A DNA stretch of 64,000 nucleotides, taken from NCBI GenBank assembly GCA_024278175.1, contig JAJRTS010000085.1:59844-123843 (forward strand). Reading direction: 5' to 3'. This DNA is from Gemmatimonadales bacterium (GTDB lineage: Bacteria; Gemmatimonadota; Glassbacteria; GWA2-58-10). The notes under the pieces are model-generated. The model was not told the DNA's origin, did no database searches, and saw only the letters and a list, made by a program, of their open reading frames with translations. Of the stretch, positions 9,816 through 18,304 are shown one piece after another (the first letter of the stretch is position 1; every line of letters begins with the position of its first letter). Position numbers and translations under genes: made by a program.

Positions 9816-11213
9816 ATGAGAGAATCCATCATAAACATAGCGTATCTGGTCGCATCTATCCTGTTTATCTTCGGACTCAAGGGCCTGGCCCATCCCCGCA
9901 CCGCCGTCAGGGGCAACCTGATTGGCGCGGTGGGCATGCTGATTGCGGTCCTGGTAACGATGATCGACCAGAGTATTATCAGTTTCGAGATGATTATTAT
10001 CGGTATTGTGGTCGGATCGGCAATCGGCGCGATCATGGCGATCAAAATCCCGATGACCGGTATGCCGCAGCTGGTTGCCATTTTCAACGGCTTCGGCGGT
10101 GGCGCAAGTCTGTTCGTGGCTGGCGCGGCGCTACTGGAGGCCAATATCACAGGCAGCGCCACCGGCACACAGATGACTGTTGCCACCGCGATCAGCGGTA
10201 TTATCGGCGCGGTCACGTTCTGGGGCTCCCTGGTGGCTTTCTGCAAGCTCCAGGAAGTAGTTGTCAGCGGTAACCCGGTGCAGTTCCCGGGTCAGCACGT
10301 GCTGAATATCCTGGTCCTGCTGGCCGCCATCGGCCTTGGAGCGTGGATAGTTGTCGACCCCTCGGCTGTTTCCACCTACTGGTACATGGTGGCGGTGGCC
10401 AGCCTGCTGGGCATACTGCTGGTGATCCCGATCGGCGGGGCGGACATGCCCGTGGTGGTGGCCCTGCTCAACAGCTACTCCGGTCTGGCCGCGGCGGCCA
10501 CCGGTTTCGTGCTGAACAACAACGGCCTGATTATCGCCGGTTCGCTGGTGGGAGCCAGCGGGCTGATTCTGACCACTATCATGTGCAAGGCGATGAACCG
10601 CTCGCTGGCCAACGTGATGTTCGCCGGGGTGGGCGGCGAGGTTGTGGGCGGAGCGCAGAAGGGCGCGGAAATCTACGAGGGCAAGATCAAGTCCACCAGC
10701 GCCGAAGAGCTGGCGATGGTGCTCGAGGGCGCCCAGCGGGTGATGATCGTGCCGGGTTACGGCATGGCTGTCGCCCAGGCCCAGCACCCCGTACGCGATC
10801 TTTATAACCTGCTTGAAGAACGAGGGATTAAAGTGGAGTTCGCGGTCCACCCGGTGGCGGGACGGATGCCCGGCCACATGAACGTGCTGCTGGCCGAGGC
10901 GGACATCCCCTATGACAAGCTGCTGGAGATGGAACAGGCCAACTCCGAGATGGGCGACGTGGACGTGAGTATCGTGCTGGGGGCCAACGACGTGGTCAAC
11001 CCGGTGGCGCGCACGGACCCCACCAGCCCGATCGCCGGCATGCCGATTATCGACGTGGACAAGTCGAAAACCGTGGTGGTGATCAAGCGCTCGCTCAGCC
11101 CCGGTTTCGCCGGGATTCCCAACCCGCTTTTTGCCGCGGACAACACGCTGATGTATTTCGGCGACGGGAAAAAGGCGATTGTCGATCTGAACGCGGCGAT
11201 CAAGGAAGGCTGA
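9816..11213 (+). CDS. pntB: NAD(P) transhydrogenase subunit beta
   Basis: Multi-TM N-terminus plus C-terminal NADP(H)-binding dIII domain (MIVPGYGMAVAQAQH…GANDVVNP). Confidence 0.9.
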   Translation: MRESIINIAYLVASILFIFGLKGLAHPRTAVRGNLIGAVGMLIAVLVTMIDQSIISFEMIIIGIVVGSAIGAIMAIKIPMTGMPQLVAIFNGFGGGASLFVAGAALLEANITGSATGTQMTVATAISGIIGAVTFWGSLVAFCKLQEVVVSGNPVQFPGQHVLNILVLLAAIGLGAWIVVDPSAVSTYWYMVAVASLLGILLVIPIGGADMPVVVALLNSYSGLAAAATGFVLNNNGLIIAGSLVGASGLILTTIMCKAMNRSLANVMFAGVGGEVVGGAQKGAEIYEGKIKSTSAEELAMVLEGAQRVMIVPGYGMAVAQAQHPVRDLYNLLEERGIKVEFAVHPVAGRMPGHMNVLLAEADIPYDKLLEMEQANSEMGDVDVSIVLGANDVVNPVARTDPTSPIAGMPIIDVDKSKTVVVIKRSLSPGFAGIPNPLFAADNTLMYFGDGKKAIVDLNAAIKEG

Positions 11214-11280
11214 GCAGCCGGCAGCAAAGTAAGAAAATTTGTGAAAGCCCGCTGGCCTGATGGTCAGCGGGCTTTTTTAT

Positions 11281-11838
11281 TCACGTCCGGTTCAGCACCA
11301 GAATCTCGTCCAGTTCCCGGTAGCGCTCCCCCGCCCCCAGGCCGTAACCCACCAGAAACTCATCGCCCCGGTAGTGGAACCCGTGGAAATCCGGCGTGAA
11401 CCCAGCGCCGTCGCGCCGGATCAGCGCGCAACTGAGCAGCAGGGCCGGCGCGAAATCCCGCTTCAGGCACCCGGAAACCGCGCTGAACGTGGTTCCGCTG
11501 TCGCAGATGTCATCGACCAGAACCACCGGGCGCGAATCGATCAGGCTCCGCTCGGGCCGATAGAGGTAAAACTCCACCTTCCCGCTGGAGGAGAGTTCCT
11601 CGCCGTATGACGAAACCCCTACAAAGTCGTAATTAACCTTTCCCGGCAACGCGCGGATCAGGTCGCAGCCGAAGCGTGCTCCGCCCTTGAGCAGGATCAG
11701 CAAGGTCGGCGCCTCGCCGCCGAGGCGCGCGGCGATCCTGCTCGCCAGCTCACGCACCGCCCCGTTTACCGCTTCCGCGCTGTAAAGGACCCGGCCCGGC
11801 GCGCAGCCACTGTTTTTGCCCTGCCCGCTGAGCCCCAT
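11281..11838 (-). CDS. hpt: hypoxanthine-guanine phosphoribosyltransferase
   Basis: PRTase motif VLVDDICDSGTTF. The start is trimmed to the MGLSGQ residues so that it abuts the upstream gene, which ends at 11840. Confidence 0.8.
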   Translation of the reverse strand: MGLSGQGKNSGCAPGRVLYSAEAVNGAVRELASRIAARLGGEAPTLLILLKGGARFGCDLIRALPGKVNYDFVGVSSYGEELSSSGKVEFYLYRPERSLIDSRPVVLVDDICDSGTTFSAVSGCLKRDFAPALLLSCALIRRDGAGFTPDFHGFHYRGDEFLVGYGLGAGERYRELDEILVLNRT

Positions 11839-11839
11839 G

Positions 11840-12700
11840 CTATTGCTCCGGTCCCACGTATTCGGTGCTGATGACCAGGTCGTCCACCCAGTAAGTGCAG
11901 TCGTGCTCGCTGTAATGGATATAGAGCCCAAACTTGAACGTGTTGAGCATCAGGATCTCGCTGTCGCGCCAGCGGAAGCCTTGCTCGTGGATGATCTTCC
12001 GCCCGTCCACCCACAGCGCCTGCTCACCGTCGCGCTCCCCCGGTTCGTTCAACTTGACCATCATCTCGAAACAGTACCAGCGACCGCGCTCGATAAAGAA
12101 AGGCGGCTCGGCGTAAAAACGGTTACCCCAGTACTTACCGTCACCGGCCTGCTTCATCTCCGGCCAGTACGAGTATAAACACATCCGGCCCGGTGGCTCG
12201 TGGCCCTTGGTGAACGCCGGTTCGATACTGGTACCGAACCTGTCAGTACCGTTGGGGCGAATCCCCGCCTTGCCGAAACCGGAGCGGGGATTGTCCGTGC
12301 GATGGCCGCCCAGACCACACCAGTGCATCCCTTTGCCCTGCCGGAAGTCCTTGTCGAACCGGGCATACCAGCGCACGTACACCCGGTCGTAGCCGGGCAG
12401 GAACCAGGTCCTGATCCAACTATCCGATTCCCGGTACTGGTAGCCGTTGATCTCGTATGCCTCTCCCTCCGGAGTCGGTGAGGTGAGGCGGAAAGAGGCT
12501 TTGCCCGAGCGCACAAACCCGGCGTGCGTCTCGAATCCCGCGTGAACGGAATCATCGTGAAGGATTTCCCAGCTTTCCCCCAGGTCCATGTCCTCGAAAT
12601 CCTCACTGAATATCACCTCGGCCCTCAGGCCGGTAAACACCGCCAGGCATAGCGCCAGAATTATCATGATGGTTCCGCGATTAGAAACAACTGGCATCAT
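11840..12700 (-). CDS. secreted ConA-like lectin/glucanase-fold protein (possible polysaccharide lyase)
   Basis: N-terminal signal peptide (MIILALCLAVFTGLRA). Trp/Tyr-rich beta-sandwich-like sequence. Family not assignable by eye. Confidence 0.45.
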   Translation of the reverse strand: MMPVVSNRGTIMIILALCLAVFTGLRAEVIFSEDFEDMDLGESWEILHDDSVHAGFETHAGFVRSGKASFRLTSPTPEGEAYEINGYQYRESDSWIRTWFLPGYDRVYVRWYARFDKDFRQGKGMHWCGLGGHRTDNPRSGFGKAGIRPNGTDRFGTSIEPAFTKGHEPPGRMCLYSYWPEMKQAGDGKYWGNRFYAEPPFFIERGRWYCFEMMVKLNEPGERDGEQALWVDGRKIIHEQGFRWRDSEILMLNTFKFGLYIHYSEHDCTYWVDDLVISTEYVGPEQ

Positions 12701-12880
12701 TATAAACCTCCCGCCGATAGGTTTTTGCTGCCACGCGGGGTTGAACGTTCACCCAACAGCAAGCTGCAATCTAACATCGCCAACACAGGATATGCAACCT
12801 GGCGCTCACTGAAGGCGGGCTTAAACGATTTTACCGCCGGCTCAACCCGCTCCATTTTGACGCTGTCACCGTTTTCTCCC

Positions 12881-12929
12881 TTGACAGGCCGGGCATAATT
12901 GAGTATCACATTTGTGATTTTTGTCACAT
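12881..12929 (+). promoter_or_regulatory. candidate sigma70 promoter (TTGACA-N17-TATCAC) with overlapping Rex operator (TTGTGATTTTTGTCACAT)
   Basis: The 18-bp palindrome at 12912-12929 matches the Rex consensus TTGTGAA-N4-TTCACAA. It sits immediately upstream of rex. Confidence 0.45.
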
Positions 12930-12958
12930 AGTTATGATTTTCACCCTGGAGGCCCCGC

Positions 12959-13606
12959 ATGCCCTCGATTTCCGGCAAAACTATCGGCAGACTATGTGTC
13001 TATCGCCGCCAACTCCAACGTCTCAGGGACGAGGGCAAATCCAACGTCTATTCACACCAGCTGGCGGCCCTGACCGGCGGAAGCGCGGCGCAGGTCAGGC
13101 GGGACCTGATGGCGATCGGCTACAGGGGCACACCCTACCACGGCTACCGGATCGACGAGCTCTCCGGGAGCATCGCCAGCTTCCTGGACGATCCCGACGG
13201 GCAAGAGGTCGCCCTGGTCGGGCTGGGCAACCTGGGCCGGGCGATACTGGCTTACTTTGACGGGTGGCGGCCGCATCTGACTATCACCGCCGCGTTCGAT
13301 GTTGATCCCGGCAAGGTGGACAGGGTGATCCACGGCTGCAAGTGCTACGCTATCGCCAAACTGGAAAGTATCACTCGCCGGCGCAAAATCGCTGTCGGCG
13401 TAATCTGCGTTCCGGCCCGCGAGGCCCAGACCGTGGCGGAAAAACTGGCCGGCGGCGGGGTCAAGGCTATCGTCAATTTCGCCCCCCGGCGCCTGCACCT
13501 CCCGGACGACATCTATGTAGAAGATATTGACGTGACCACGGCCCTTGAAAAGGCGGCGTTTTTCGCCCTTGAACACAAACGGCAACCTGATTCAAAAGCT
13601 AAGTGA
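12959..13606 (+). CDS. rex: redox-sensing transcriptional repressor Rex
   Basis: Winged-helix N-terminus plus Rossmann motif VALVGLGNLGRAIL. About 215 aa, typical length. Confidence 0.85.
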   Translation: MPSISGKTIGRLCVYRRQLQRLRDEGKSNVYSHQLAALTGGSAAQVRRDLMAIGYRGTPYHGYRIDELSGSIASFLDDPDGQEVALVGLGNLGRAILAYFDGWRPHLTITAAFDVDPGKVDRVIHGCKCYAIAKLESITRRRKIAVGVICVPAREAQTVAEKLAGGGVKAIVNFAPRRLHLPDDIYVEDIDVTTALEKAAFFALEHKRQPDSKAK

Positions 13607-13848
13607 ATGAGCTAGCGCCCATCCTTCAAAAAGTCCAACGCATACAGGGCCAACTGCAGAATATGCGGAAAGTTGGGGAAGTGCTATCTTGATAGATTCC
13701 AAAGGACTACTTGACATAACATGCATTTCGGTATTATGAAAAGAACGAATGGTTTCGCTCAAAATCAAAAAAGAAGACTCTCGTTTCCTATTTCAATTTT
13801 GAAATGGTTAATGTCGGATGAATAAAGAAATAGTGAAGGAGGTCAATC

Positions 13849-14292
13849 ATGGAGTTGTCAACTTTTGTGATTACAATTATTGCCGGTTTAGTGATTGCCC
13901 TAATACTTAGGTTATGCAGTTATGCTCGCAATAAGTTCTTAGAGCGTAGGCATAAAAAACGAGTTTACAAATGGCTGAACGAGAATACGAGCAATAAGGT
14001 TAGTAATAGGCTTCGCTCGACCAAGGACATCGCCAGTGGGATTAATCTAACAGAAGATCGTGAACGGTACATATGTACCGTTCACAGGAAAATCTATCTT
14101 TCTACGAGAGGCGTGGCGGTGGGCGGGCCACAAATCCCCGGCTTTATATTTAAGGGTACATGGGCGGAAAATTTTATACCTTTCAAAACACAGGTGGGAT
14201 TGATTATACAGAGGTGCTCTCGTGGTAGGTTACTATGTCATTTTAGCATTGTTTTTTGCCTTTCTGATTATATCGCTGCCCAAATTGTTTAA
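13849..14292 (+). CDS. hypothetical small protein with N-terminal TM helix (AT-rich islet)
   Basis: Strong Shine-Dalgarno (GAAGGAGG) 7 nt upstream of the ATG. Low-GC codon usage unlike the flanks. Overlaps the next ORF by 71 nt in another frame. Confidence 0.4.
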   Translation: MELSTFVITIIAGLVIALILRLCSYARNKFLERRHKKRVYKWLNENTSNKVSNRLRSTKDIASGINLTEDRERYICTVHRKIYLSTRGVAVGGPQIPGFIFKGTWAENFIPFKTQVGLIIQRCSRGRLLCHFSIVFCLSDYIAAQIV

Positions 14293-14776
14293 AAGGTTAT
14301 TTAGTTCAATTCCACCTCGGTTGAGTCAAAATAGCGCACATGCTGATAAAATCCGCAATCGCACCAGAACTATCCTTCCATGGTATGACGGCACTCTGGA
14401 GTCGGAAATCTGTCATTACAAATATCCATGGGACGACCCCATAAAAAAAATTCATTGTGAAGCGGATTGTAAAATCGAAGGATATTATAAATTGAGAGAT
14501 AAATACCCGGAGGCCTTAGGCAAGGCTATTGAAGCCTGCAAAGAACAAATATCGGTTTCTAAAAAAATGGCTGAAAAGTATCGAGCCGAAGGAGGTGTAG
14601 ACAAGAATGGTAATCTTACGGTAGAACACTATGGTTTCAAGCAATTAGCGATAATATATGAAAAGCAGGGAAACTATGAAAAGGCAATAGAGGTTTTGCA
14701 GGAGGCCATGCAGCAAGGTTGGGCTGGCCCTTGGCAGTTTAGAATTGATCGCTGTAAAAGGAAAAAGTCTGATTAG
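14222..14776 (+). CDS. hypothetical membrane-anchored protein with C-terminal TPR-like helix pair (AT-rich islet)
   Basis: N-terminal TM (YYVILALFFAFLIISL), Cys/His-containing middle (CHYKYPWDD…HCEADC), TPR-like LAIIYEKQGNYEKAIEVLQEA. Confidence 0.4.
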   Translation: MVGYYVILALFFAFLIISLPKLFKRLFSSIPPRLSQNSAHADKIRNRTRTILPWYDGTLESEICHYKYPWDDPIKKIHCEADCKIEGYYKLRDKYPEALGKAIEACKEQISVSKKMAEKYRAEGGVDKNGNLTVEHYGFKQLAIIYEKQGNYEKAIEVLQEAMQQGWAGPWQFRIDRCKRKKSD

Positions 14777-14894
14777 AGACTTTTCGCCGCAGGAATGAAA
14801 CTAGTGGGGAGAGACCGCCCGGTTGCCGGGCGTTTGGAATCAAACGTAAAAACGCCGCACGTCCCTTGAAATAGCGGATATACGGCGCTTTAGC

Positions 14895-14970
14895 TGGAGC
14901 CACCACGCGGACTCGAACCGCGGACCTATTCATTACGAATGAATTGCTCTACCAACTGAGCTATGGTGGC
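14895..14970 (-). tRNA. tRNA-Thr (anticodon CGU)
   Basis: 76-nt cloverleaf on the minus strand: GCCACCA acceptor, anticodon loop UUCGUAA, T-loop GGTTCGAGTCC, encoded CCA. Candidate promoter TTGACT-N17-TAATAT lies upstream (plus coordinates ~15011-15036). Confidence 0.9.
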
Positions 14971-15200
14971 GTTTTTGCTCTTTTTAGCGATTATTTTGGA
15001 AGTGCCTAAAATATTAAGATATTCGCCGTTAGTCAAGTTCGCCGCGGCATATTTTTTCGCCCTCCCCCCGGCAACGCTTGAACTTATCTGCCGGGGCAAG
15101 CATATTGTTATCAGTTCGACCGCCATTATTTTAAAACGACCATATCCACAAGCATTTTACACTCTTTATTGAAGAGTTTCGAGAGGAAAAGCTGCAAAAG

Positions 15201-16199
15201 ATGCAAAAAATCAGGCTCGGCATCATCGGTACCGGCATCATCGTCAGCGAGGCCCATGCTCCGGCGCTTAAGCGGCTGACAGAGCGCTTCGAGGTCACCG
15301 CGCTCTGCAACCGTACACCGGCCAAGGCGGAAGCGCTGGCCAAAGACCTCAGAGTTGACAGCAATAATATATGGCGGGACTGGCGAAAATTCCTGGCCGA
15401 GGCTCCGGTGGACGCCGTGCTGCTGGCTCTGCCGATCGAGCTGAACTACCCCGTGAGCCGGGCCGCCGTCGAGGCGGGCAAGCACGTCCTGTGCGAGAAA
15501 CCCGTGGGCCAGAGCATGGAGGAAGCGCGGGGAGCCGCAGGTCTTGCGGCGGAGTTCGGAGTGACGTTCATGGTGGCCGAGGATATCGAGTTCGTTCCAC
15601 GGTTCGCCCGCGCCGCCGAGCTTGTGCACCGCGGAGAGATCGGCAAACCGACCCTGATCCAGTGGAACGTGTTTAATTTCATGGCGATGAGCAACAAGTA
15701 CGCCCAGACCCGCTGGCGCACCGAACACGTGTTTCCCGGCGGCTACGTGCTCGATGGCGGCGTGCATTTCGTCCACGTGCTGCAGATGCTGGCCGGGCGG
15801 ATCAGCGCGGTAAAAGCGGAAACGAGGACTATCGACTCCCGGCTGGGTAAGGTCGACAGCGCGTTCGCGCTGCTCACCCACGAGAACGGTGTGCTGAGCA
15901 GCCTGAACATGAGCTGGCAGACCCGGGCACCCCAGCCCACGCCGCTGCTGGTGTTCGGAGAAAGGGCGAGCCTGACGGTTTTCGAGGAAAAAATCCTCCG
16001 CACGGACAACGAGAGCGAGGCTGTGCGGGTGATCGCCTTGGAAGACGAGGACGACTACTACCTGCAGTTTGTCGAATTCCACGGGGCAGTTACCGGCAAC
16101 CGGCCCCCCTCGGTAAGCACCGAGGCCTGCGGCCACGACGTGGAAGTTATCCTGGCTATCCTGGAAGCGGCCCGGCGCGGGGGCATTGTCAGCTTGTGA
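15201..16199 (+). CDS. Gfo/Idh/MocA family NAD(P)-dependent oxidoreductase
   Basis: N-terminal Rossmann IRLGIIGTGIIVSEAH and the EKP motif (VLCEKPVGQS). Confidence 0.8.
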   Translation: MQKIRLGIIGTGIIVSEAHAPALKRLTERFEVTALCNRTPAKAEALAKDLRVDSNNIWRDWRKFLAEAPVDAVLLALPIELNYPVSRAAVEAGKHVLCEKPVGQSMEEARGAAGLAAEFGVTFMVAEDIEFVPRFARAAELVHRGEIGKPTLIQWNVFNFMAMSNKYAQTRWRTEHVFPGGYVLDGGVHFVHVLQMLAGRISAVKAETRTIDSRLGKVDSAFALLTHENGVLSSLNMSWQTRAPQPTPLLVFGERASLTVFEEKILRTDNESEAVRVIALEDEDDYYLQFVEFHGAVTGNRPPSVSTEACGHDVEVILAILEAARRGGIVSL

Positions 16200-16258
16200 T
16201 ATTTAAAGTACCGAATCAAACCCGGTTGCGGCAGGCAAGTAAAACCTGCCGGAGACGA

Positions 16259-16295
16259 GCAGGCCGCTTGGTGGAAAAAACCGGCCTGCTTTTGC
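16259..16295 (+). terminator. rho-independent terminator
   Basis: Stem gcaggccg/cggcctgc followed by TTTTGC, 60 nt after the oxidoreductase stop. Confidence 0.55.
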
Positions 16296-16387
16296 TGGCT
16301 GATCCGGAAATAGCCGGATCGCCTATGGGATTGCTCTTCCAATCTCTTAGCTGGGCACCTTAGCGGCACCCACCACCGCCGCCTCCC

Positions 16388-16999
16388 CTACCGCTGCTCT
16401 GGCTCCTGCTTGTCCGGCTCTTTTTCGTCCGGAACGATCGTGCCCTCATCCCGGGCTTCCCCGGCGGTTTGTACGGAGACGTCTGCATCGTTCATCTTAA
16501 CGCCTGGCGGCGTTACCGGCGGCGGGGCGGCCGCATGGCTGCCAGGATAATCCGCTACCGCCGGGGGAGCCTCACCCGCTGCGAAAGGCGAGCCATCCTG
16601 CGGTCCTACGCCCGCGCCGGACGGCCCAGCCGCGCCTTGGCCTGCCTGCCGCTCCTCCAACGGAGCCGGCATCAGCAACCACAACAACACATAGAGGATC
16701 GGCCCGAACATGTAGAAAATAATGCTGATGACGAAAAACACCCTCAGCCAGAGGATCAGCATCGGCGCATCCAACTGGTGGGCGATCCCCGTGCAGACAC
16801 CGGCGATCTTTTTTCCTTCGGCCACCCTGTGCCAGTAGCCATGTGGAGGCCCAAGCCCCCCCGGGCGATCCCCGGCAAGCATGCTGCCGCAATAGCGGCA
16901 TTTAACCGCTTCCGCCCTGATCATCTCAGCACAGTACGGGCATTTTTTCATTTCATTGGCGTCCATTTGATCAATCTCCCGCTGTTTGTTTTTATACAA
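16388..16999 (-). CDS. PspC-domain protein with N-terminal zinc-ribbon
   Basis: CPYC…CRYC zinc ribbon, PspC motif KKIAGVCTGIAHQLDAPMLILWLRVFFVI, TM helix, Pro/Ala-rich tail. Confidence 0.7.
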   Translation of the reverse strand: MYKNKQREIDQMDANEMKKCPYCAEMIRAEAVKCRYCGSMLAGDRPGGLGPPHGYWHRVAEGKKIAGVCTGIAHQLDAPMLILWLRVFFVISIIFYMFGPILYVLLWLLMPAPLEERQAGQGAAGPSGAGVGPQDGSPFAAGEAPPAVADYPGSHAAAPPPVTPPGVKMNDADVSVQTAGEARDEGTIVPDEKEPDKQEPEQR

Positions 17000-17042
17000 T
17001 AACCTGCATTCATTTCAAACCAACCCGGCAACACGCCCGCTC

Positions 17043-17459
17043 TCAGCGGACCACGGGCGCCTGAATCCGGCAACGCTGGGCCAGGAACACCTTGCCCACG
17101 GCGGTCATCACCATCCCGATCACCAGAGCCGCGCCCGCCACCGAGATCCCGATCAGGCTATGGGCCAGGTACACGTCCGCCCAACCGGGCAGCAACAGCC
17201 CCAGCACCGTGCCCACCGTAGCTGCGTAAAACAGGTTACAGCAAACCAGCAGCGCCAGCATCAGCACGCTCACGATCAGCCCCAGCGGACATTCGGCCTT
17301 GCGCACTACCGGGGCACCGGCGTACAGTGCCTCCCGGTGCGCGGCCAGCTCACGGTGCATTATCGTGCGCGTGCGCTCCAGCAGGTCCCCGCCCGGAGGA
17401 CTCACCCGGTATCCATCCAGCAGCTTGCCCAGCAGCTCGTCGTTGATCCTGTCCATCAT
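17043..17459 (-). CDS. putative membrane anti-sigma factor
   Basis: 138 aa, 3 TM helices. Its ATG overlaps the TGA of the upstream sigma reading frame (ATGA), which is classic sigma/anti-sigma coupling. Confidence 0.5.
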   Translation of the reverse strand: MMDRINDELLGKLLDGYRVSPPGGDLLERTRTIMHRELAAHREALYAGAPVVRKAECPLGLIVSVLMLALLVCCNLFYAATVGTVLGLLLPGWADVYLAHSLIGISVAGAALVIGMVMTAVGKVFLAQRCRIQAPVVR

Positions 17460-18124
17460 TCCACCTCCTCGGCCATCCCGGCCATGCCGGTTGCTTCTAT
17501 TTTGCCCTTCAATAATTTCATCCCTCTGAAAATCCTGCTCTTGACCGTCCCGGACGGCAACCCTGTAACCTCCGCTATTTCCACGTCCGTTTTCTAGTGA
17601 TAGAACCGCATCACGATCACTTCTTTCATTTTAACCGGCAGGCTGTCCACGAGTTTCTTCATCCTGTGCGCCTGCAGAATTTTTGCCGCGTCCGCGTCCG
17701 CGTCCTGTGACAAGTCTCTCACCTTGTCAAGCTCCACAAACTCGCGCCGCGAGGCGGAGCGGGCGATATTGCGGCACAGGTTAAGCGCAATCTGAAACAT
17801 CCAGCTCGAAAATTTACAGTCACCCCGGAAACCGTCAATATTGCGCACGATCCGCACCCATGTGTCCTGGAACACGTCCTCGGCGGTTGACTGCTCACCC
17901 ACCATCCGCATGATAAACGCATGCAGCGGCCTGCAGTAGCGATTGAACAACTCGTCCGCGGCAGCGGGATCGCCTTGCCTCAGGCCCTCCACCAAAGCGC
18001 TCTCGTCACTGCCGAACCGACTGTCCACGCGCTTTTCCATTGTATTCCATAAGATCATTATTGCGCTACCGGCGCTCCCGTCGTTGGCGTTCTCAACAGG
18101 TAGGACGCAGCCAGCCCGTTCCAC
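17456..18124 (-). CDS. ECF-type RNA polymerase sigma-70 factor, interrupted by an in-frame TAG at 17594-17596
   Basis: Regions 2 to 4.1 lie in ORF 17594-18124 (…LPVKMKEVIVMRFYH*). The same frame continues after the TAG as KTDV-EIAEVTGLPSGTVKSRIFRGMKLLK (region 4.2 HTH) up to a TGA overlapping the anti-sigma ATG. Frame identity was checked from ORF-track coordinates modulo 3. Confidence 0.7.
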
Positions 18125-18304
18125 GGTTCACTTTTTTCCAGCTTGAACCTGCCGTCCGCAAACCAGTATACAAATGCAGGGCCGCGCGCACAATCACTAC
18201 GGAAGGGCGATTGTCTTTGCCAACCGGAGCAATTATAATAACTCTGGACACGGCCTCCCGGCCCGTTTGCATACCATTTCAACTCAAATCAGCAGGGGTG
18301 CCCG

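Noticed and set aside
8291-10877. Minus-strand ORFs 8291-9352 and 10131-10877 antisense to pntAA and pntB
   Set aside because: Same reasoning as above. The pnt genes are unambiguous, and the antisense products are low-complexity His/Gly/Arg-rich.
13607-14894. Integrative element with integrase at tRNA-Thr
   Set aside because: No integrase/recombinase ORF is present and I found no clear direct repeat of the tRNA 3' end. Only the compositional islet is supported.
14926-15126. 66-aa minus-strand ORF overlapping tRNA-Thr
   Set aside because: It overlaps a structural RNA gene and its promoter region, and has no coding features.
17581-17641. Frameshift, rather than an in-frame stop, in the sigma factor
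   Set aside because: My hand read of the printed line 17581-17640 appeared 1 nt out of register with the ORF track. Frame arithmetic from the track puts sigma ORF end 18124 and the region-4 stop at 17456-17458 in the same frame, and the RFY-to-EIAE spacing matches the ECF consensus exactly. I therefore trust the in-frame interpretation. Coordinates near here may be off by 1.
17456-18124. Global reassignment of TAG (amber) as a sense codon
   Set aside because: pntAA, pntAB and lpdA all terminate with TAG at positions consistent with homologs. The two in-frame TAGs are therefore local lesions or read-through, not a changed code.
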